The translations under genes were made by a program, and so were the position numbers. A stretch of DNA of 20,000 bases from contig NC_057719.1 in assembly GCF_004010195.1 (NCBI RefSeq), positions 77,152,323 through 77,172,322 of the forward strand, written 5' to 3'. Origin of the DNA: Chiloscyllium plagiosum (lineage: Eukaryota). Positions 13,570-20,000 of this stretch are shown in pieces (position 1 is the stretch's first letter; each line of letters begins with the position of its first letter). Below the pieces are notes generated by a model. The model was not told the DNA's origin, ran no database searches, and saw only the letters and a list, made by a program, of their open reading frames with translations.

Positions 13570-14660
13570 TACTCAATATGGATAGACCTATCATCCACCC
13601 ATTGCACCTACGAAAATATTTATTTATCTGGGACTTCTGTTGTGTAGTTCAGCTTTTAACTGTGTATGACCATTGTCTTCAGCCAAACTTCTTCCTTCGC
13701 AATCTTGCATTATCATCTCTTAAGTGCATAAAGATTTATCACCTGCTTATTCTAGCATCTCATTCATATACTGCCCCACTATACATTAGGGTCAATTTAA
13801 TGCTTAAGTAGATGATGCTTAGCTGTACCTGTCCAGTGCATTTTTTAAAACCCCAGACCTCTACCATTTTATTGGATTTGTTTGACATCCAGACTTGTGT
13901 AAATCTTGTCTTCCTCCAGCTGAATATTAAGGTCATTGTCTTCAGCCTCATCCAGAAATTATGCTACTTTGTCATTTTCTTCAGTCAAACCAAGCTGTTT
14001 GTAACCTTGGCATCTGCTTAGCCCCCAATTAAGTACGACAACGCAAAGACTTTTTGCTTTTATATTCACATCATCATCAACCCCACTTCAGTTCTTCCAT
14101 CACTGAAACCCTTCTCCATGACCAGATTAAGCAATCCAGCATTGTTGTTGCAGGCTGTACATCCTCCACCTTCCATAAACTCCAACTTGCACAAATGTCT
14201 ACATACATTTCTGTATATCAACTCAGTCTTCATTGACAGTGAATCCCTTGTATATGTAAAAGATCTAGCTTTAGATCTCTAAATGGCTTCTGCATACTGT
14301 CTGTATTTTCCTCAAGTTCTATACTAGCCCAAACTCTTGCCTGAATCCTTTTGTGTCTCTGCTTTGTTTGCTCACTGTTGCCTGACATGCCACTTTGATC
14401 CTAATCTCTGGAAAGAGTTTGGTTACCTTCCGAATTCAGTCTCTGCCAAGTGTAACTTTTATCCTCATACCTTTATGCCAGGCGCTCCAGAAATGTAAGT
14501 CTTGTCTTATTGCTGATGTCAAAGATCCTATTGAACTCTTTGAAACTTACAATCAAGTTTTCTCAGTCTCTTGCCCAACATTACTTTGTCAGAAATGGAT
14601 TAAACAGTTGTTCATCTAACTGATTCTTCTGAGATCATGCCATCTACAAAATGGTTGCTA
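13570..14660 (+). mobile_element. Highly decayed L2-like LINE fragment
   Basis: Segments gacatccagacttg..ttcctccagctgaatatt, ctgaaacccttctccatg and ccttccataaactccaac parallel the L2 at 11100-11815. Confidence 0.55.
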
Positions 14661-15494
14661 CATTTTTCTGTGTAGTATATTCTCTGATACATAGTGGTTC
14701 ACTATGTGTAATGTAGAATTTCTGAAAAAGGTAATCATCTGACACATAACTGCAACGCTTTTATTTGATCAGTTCACTTTAAGAAAACCCTGACAATAGT
14801 GATTTCCTTGTACCTGTGTTATAAATCGATCTTAAGAGTGCTTCTGGCCATGAGGAACAAAAGCACTGATATTTGTGCTGTAATATAACCAACGTTTTAG
14901 TTACGGGTGACTGCTACTCCATAAATGACAAATTGCCTGTTACCACATTTAAAACCCAACCATTCTTATGTGTCTTTATAATCCTCCCATTTGGGTGTTG
15001 TGTTCTTCCTTCTATTTCTCCATGCATCCCGCAGCCACCTTCTTCTCCCAACCCTCTTGCAAATTCCTGTGGCTTGATCCCCTGCAATCTCCCACACCGC
15101 TCATACTACTTCATGTAGCCTCCTTTTCTTCCCCATGACAATTGTAGCCCTCCCACTCCCAGCAATTGCCTTCTCCATGTCCTATCATGCAGTCTCCTTC
15201 TCCCTCCACCCCATTGCAGACTCCTTTACCCCTCATCCCTGTGGCTGTCTTCTCCTGCATCCCCTATCAGCAACCACACAGGAGAGAACCATTGTGATTG
15301 CAGGAGTGAGTCCATGTGCAGGAGCAACTTCTCCTGATTGGTAGTCTCCATCAATTTTTTTTTGTAGGTATTTTGGAGGCTTTGGACACAGATGTGACAT
15401 CTGCACCCCATGTATTTGTGTGCTGGTGTAGACTGACTGCAGTTGCAGAAACCTAGGCTGTTAAGTGATCCTGTAAGTAGATAACAAGAAAAAT

Positions 15495-15605
15495 TGAAAG
15501 AACTGAAGATGCTGTAAATCAGAAACAAAAACCAAAGTTGCTGAAAAAGCATTTGTGAAGAGAAATTAGTTACAGTTTTGGGCCCAGTCACCCTTCCTCA
15601 GAATT
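15495..15605. mobile_element. Short Penelope-like terminal repeat fragment
   Basis: gaactgaagatgctgtaaatcagaaacaaaa..gttgctgaaaaagc..cagtcacccttcctcagaa, recognised from memory as an abundant chondrichthyan Penelope-type terminal sequence. Not database-checked. Confidence 0.5.
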
Positions 15606-15689
15606 AGAAGTTGTGTTCAGATGATAACGAAAAGTTGTGTTCATATAGTACCTTTATGATGGATGTTGCAAGGAAGCTCTCAACTAAAG

Positions 15690-16250
15690 CAAATCAAATC
15701 CCTGGGGTTGCGTTTGATAGCATGAGTACAAAAGCATATAGGTAAAGTTCAGTTTAGTTAAGATACAGTTAAAATATGATACACTGTTTCAGGCAACTTG
15801 TTATCGGAAGTATATAAGAACAAATTTTAAAAGTGCATAGTGGTTTGAAATGGATGGTTCCAGAGAGAAGCTGTTACTGGTTTGATGGGAGACTTGAAAA
15901 ATTGAAGGACTTTTGTCAAGTTTAAGGAGTGACCTGGTAAAGGTGTTCAAGAATGTGTAGTGTTTCTATAGGATAATAGACAAACAATTCTTTGCAACTG
16001 GCAGGGTTACATGAAAATAGTTACTTGGGGAGTTCGAAAGACGTTTCCAATTAACAGGTGATTAGAAAATGAAATTATCTGCTAAGTTATTGAAGCAGAG
16101 CACATTAAAGCAATTAAGTAATTACTTAATACTAAGGAATAAGGAATATTAAGGAGAATGAGGAAAGAGCAGAAAATTGGCATCAGACAAGATTCATGTG
16201 GAGAAAAATACTTTCATATATTTGAATGCCAAATGTCCATTTTCTGTGCA
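15690..16250 (+). mobile_element. Highly decayed CR1-like fragment
   Basis: gagtacaaaagc..gttaagatacagttaaaatatg..ttatcggaag and ggagtgacctggtaaaggtgttcaaga (degenerate EYCVQFWSP and RGDLIEVFK motifs). Confidence 0.5.
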
Positions 16251-16447
16251 GGAAGAGGCATGCACAGGATAGGAGGCTATCCAGAGGCTACCCCGCATTC
16301 ACCTGATGGTCTGTTTCAGTGAAATATTGGGGGTGGATTGGGATTAATCACCTGGACAGGTGCCTGGGGGCACTGCAAAGATGAACTAAAACATTACTAA
16401 GGAGAAAGGAAGCAAAGTTCTCACTTGAGCAAAACCAAACTTTATGT

Positions 16448-16610
16448 TTTTTTTATTCACTTGTGAAACATGGGCATTGCTGGCTGGACCGGCATTTATT
16501 GCCCATCTCTAGTTACCCTTGAGAAGGTGTTAGTGAGCTGCCTTCTTGAACCGCAACAGTTCCTGTGCTGTAGGTACACACAATGCCATTAGTGAGGGAA
16601 TTTCACAATC
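16448..16610 (-). mobile_element. 3' end of a probable LINE sharing its tail with SINE family B
   Basis: atgggcattgctggctggaccggcatttattgcccatctctagttaccc matches the SINE B tail, then diverges (ttgagaaggtg..agctgccttcttgaaccgc). Confidence 0.6.
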
Positions 16611-17125
16611 TATTTGGTTTCTTGTAACTCCCTGACAAATAGATTTTCTGATGTACAGATGTCTTGGTTGAGCAAATCCTGACTGCTTTGTGTGCACATT
16701 TACTGTATTTTCATGGGCATGTGGGTTTGCAACAGGTAGTCCATTTTACATAATTGTGTTTTCTCTCTGAAGGTTAAACCCAAATATGAGGGTCAGCGTC
16801 TTCATTTAAATGGACAGAGCCAAATAATGCTGATGCTTTCGCATTTATTTCTAACACCATAGGATAGTATTTAGACTCAATATGATGCTTAGGTACCTAA
16901 ACAAAGCAACACTTAAATATTTGGAAATCTATTCCTCATCCTCTAACTTGTGAACAGCCCTCAATTTCTTTCGTCCTTTGTACTGACCCGTTAGGTTGAA
17001 GAGTCAGAATCGTTATTGGTGGAGGAAATGCTGTAGCCTGGTGATTGATTCTAACATCACTATTATTATTGTGAATTTGAAGTGAATTCATAACCTAAGA
17101 CAGACCTTACACTGTAACCATTTAA

Positions 17126-17383
<258 letters not shown>

Positions 17384-17834
17384 TGAATGGGAAGTGTAAA
17401 AGTTCTAAAAGTTTCAGTCTTATCCACTAAATTGACACACACACATCTGTTCTATTAACTTTGTTTTTTTAAATCTTTAAACTGTATTGACTTTGTATGA
17501 AATGAATATTGCAATTTTTCTTTACTAATCTTTAGGAACTAGATTTTTATGTATGGGATAAAGTGGCTATTCCTCTTTTTTAAAATTCTTTTAATTTGTT
17601 CGTAATAAAGGCACAGTTCCATTGATTATGAAATCCCTTCTTGTACCAGTCGCTGTTAGTTCAGTGTGAGATCACACAAGCTTCAGAAGAAGGGAAGGGA
17701 TAATAAAGGTTGAGATCACTGTTATCCTCATCTTTCTCTCAAATTCATGTACATACATGCAAAGATACTTTCCGTTTAAAACTTAGTGAATACCAATTAA
17801 GAGTGGAAACTCTTGCTGTCTGTTTCACAACTTT

Positions 17835-18050
17835 TGCAACACGATCCCAAAAACATCAGTAAGGTAAGTGACCAAATTGTCTCCTTTGATAATGGATAAA
17901 TATTAGCCAGGTCACAGTCCTGCACCTTGTTAAATTGTGTTGTGCACCATTTTACATTCAGTATGGGAGGAAAGACTGTTCAAAAGCATGTACATGTTAC
18001 AGTGGAGCAATCCCTCAGTACTACAAAAAAAGCTCATCTATGTCAGTCCA
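17835..18050 (-). mobile_element. Decayed DeuSINE (SacSINE1/AmnSINE1-like) relic
   Basis: Ordered motifs ggataaatattagccaggtcac, ttttacattca and acagtggagcaatccctcagtact match my recollection of the reverse-complemented Deu-domain SINE consensus. Confidence 0.55.
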
Positions 18051-18364
18051 GAGAATGAACAGATAAATTATCAGTTCTCCCTATTATAAAGGAGAAAATT
18101 AGATGCCCATTTCTAAATAGGAAATCCAAATATTGCTGTCAGAGACATCCTGCTCCTCCACACAATGTGGTGTTGCAGGTCACACCATAGAGTAAACATG
18201 GAAATGACTGCAACAGTGTAAACCACCTGTGTTTATGCTCTAGTTCTATTAGTTAAAGATTGAAATTGACAATAAATGAGCAACCACTCCAACCGTGGAA
18301 ATGTTTTTTTTTCGTGTGGCGTCTCATTCCCTCAAAAAATTAAAGGTTGGAGTTTTATTAATAT

Positions 18365-19190
18365 CCAACAACAGGTGCTATTATATAGCACCTTTAACAT
18401 AATGAAATGACCCAAAGCATTTCACAGGAGTATTATACAAATTGTGATATGAGCCATATAAGAAGATATTACATCAGATGATCGAAATCGTAGTAGAGGA
18501 GATATGTTTTAATGTGCATCCCAAAGAAAGGATACAAGATGATGAATCAATAAGGTATGTTGGGTATTTCAGTGCCTGGACTTGAGCCTAGGCAACTGAA
18601 GAAACAGCCACCAATAGTGATACAATTAAAATAAGGAATTTAAAAAGATCAGAATATAAGCAGAACAGACCTTTCAGAGTATGGTAAAGATGGAGGAGAT
18701 TACATTGACAGGGAATGGAGGGATTTGAAAACCAGGATAAAAATTTTAAAATCAGAACATTGCACAACTGGGAGCCACTGTAGGTCAGTGAGCACATGGA
18801 TATTTGCAGAACATGACATTCTCCAAGTTAAGATATGCGTAGCAGTGTTTTGGATGACTCAAAGCTTACGGAAGGGAAAAAGCATGAAAACTCATCTAAG
18901 TTTGGAAAAGTCAAGTTTAAAGGTAATGATGGCATGAATGAGAATTTCAGCAACAGATGAGCTGAGACAGTGGTGTAGCAGTTACAGAGGTAGAATTAGG
19001 CAGTCTTCGTGATGGCGTGAAAATGAGGTTTGAACCTTATCTCAGAATCTTGTGTACACCAAAGTTGTGAAGTCTTGCTTAACCTTAAACCGTTGATAGG
19101 TAAAGGGGTGGATTTGCTATCATGGAAAGGGATTTTGGAACAAAGACTGAAAAAAATGTTTATTTGATGTAAATTTCTGCCCATTCAGTG
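18365..19190 (-). mobile_element. L2-type LINE 3' fragment (antisense)
   Basis: Starts caacaac..tatatagcacctttaacata..cccaaagcatttcaca, the reverse complement of the tail at about 11755-11812. Also contains gcagtgttttggatgactcaaagcttacggaaggg. Confidence 0.75.
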
Positions 19191-19254
19191 GAAATACGAG
19201 GGCGTGACAGCATCTGAAGAGAGAGCTATTTATGAAAGGGCTACTAACTGTCTG

Positions 19255-19830
19255 TACTGGAGGTAACTTTGCTCACTGAGCTGCAAGGTTCATTTTCAGA
19301 CACCATTGTTGCGTCACCATACTAGATGATAACATCAGTGAGCCTCCAGTGAAGCACTGGTGTTATGACCCACTTTCTATTTGTGTTTAGGTTTTCTTGG
19401 GTTGGTGATGTCATTTCCTGTTTTGTTTTCTCAGAGGGTGGTAAACAGGGTCCAAGTCAATGTGTTTGTTGATAGTGTTCCGGTTTGAGTGCCATACTTT
19501 TAGGAATTCTTGTGCATCTCTCTGTTTGGCTTGTCCTGGATGGATGTGTTGTCCCAGTTGAAATGGTGTCCTTTCTCATCTGTATATTGGGATACTAGTG
19601 ATAGTTATCTTTTTGTGGTTAGTTGGTTTTCATGTCCCCTGGTGGCTAGTTTTCTGCCTGTTTGTCCAATGTAGTATTTGTTAGAGTTCTTGCAAGGTAT
19701 TTTGTAAATGTCGTTTGTTTTGCTTGTTGTCCATATAGGGTCTTTTAAGTTCATTAGCTGCATTTTAGTGTATTGGTAGGTTTGTGGGCTGTCATGATGC
19801 CGAGAGGTCTGAGTAGTTTGGCAGTCATTT
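19255..19830 (-). mobile_element. Penelope-like retroelement fragment with GIY-YIG endonuclease remnant
   Basis: Minus-strand translation, with frameshifts and a stop: MTAKLLRPLGIMTAHKPTNTLK / QLMNLKDPIWTTSKTNDIYKIPCKNSNKYYIGQTGRKLATRGHE..HHFNWDNTSI / QEFLKVWHSNRNTINKHIDLDPVYHPLRK. IY..YIG motif at about 19655-19712. Confidence 0.88.
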
Positions 19831-20000
19831 AGAGTTATAGAGTCATAGAGATGTACAGCATGGAAACCAACCCTTCAGTCCAACCTGTCCATGCCGACCC
19901 AACCCAATCTAGTCTCACCTGCCAGCACCCAGCCCATATCCCTCCAAACCCTTCCTATTCATATACCCATCCAAATGCCTCTTAAATGTTGCAATTGTAC
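19831..20000 (-). mobile_element. CR1-type LINE 3' end (antisense) abutting the Penelope fragment, runs off the window
   Basis: Tail agagttatagagtcatagag followed by atgtacagcatggaaac..catccaaatgcctcttaaatgttg, the reverse complement of the CR1 3' UTR type at 13370-13536. Confidence 0.85.

Noticed and set aside
15607..15644. Short direct repeat aagttgtgttca x2
   Set aside because: Only two 12-nt copies next to a repeat fragment, most likely local slippage.
18187..18243. Imperfect inverted repeat (tagagtaaacatgg ... cctgtgtttatgctcta) as a miRNA-like hairpin
   Set aside because: Short, bulged stem with a long loop, consistent with chance or a decayed repeat.

Overview
AT-rich vertebrate genomic DNA, not prokaryotic. 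The repeat content (CR1, L2, RTE, Penelope, tRNA-derived SINEs) suggests a cartilaginous fish, which is an inference. The window lies inside a pecanex gene, most like PCNX1, on the + strand. Six internal coding exons (896-1037, 3898-4075, 6659-6767, 8139-8268, 9128-9186, 17139-17354; 834 nt) splice into one uninterrupted frame. The intron at 6768-8138 is a GT-AG U12 (minor spliceosome) intron with consensus donor and branch point. The other introns are largely decayed retroelements, some nested. Most notable: the U12 intron with a latent U2 donor, a near-identical 107-bp local templated duplication flanked by a duplicated palindrome inside an L2 relic, and two candidate AG|GT recursive-splice sites in the longest intron. 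I see no convincing novel multi-gene system, and most listed ORFs are chance or repeat-derived. Repeat boundaries are approximate and family names come from motif recognition, not a database search.
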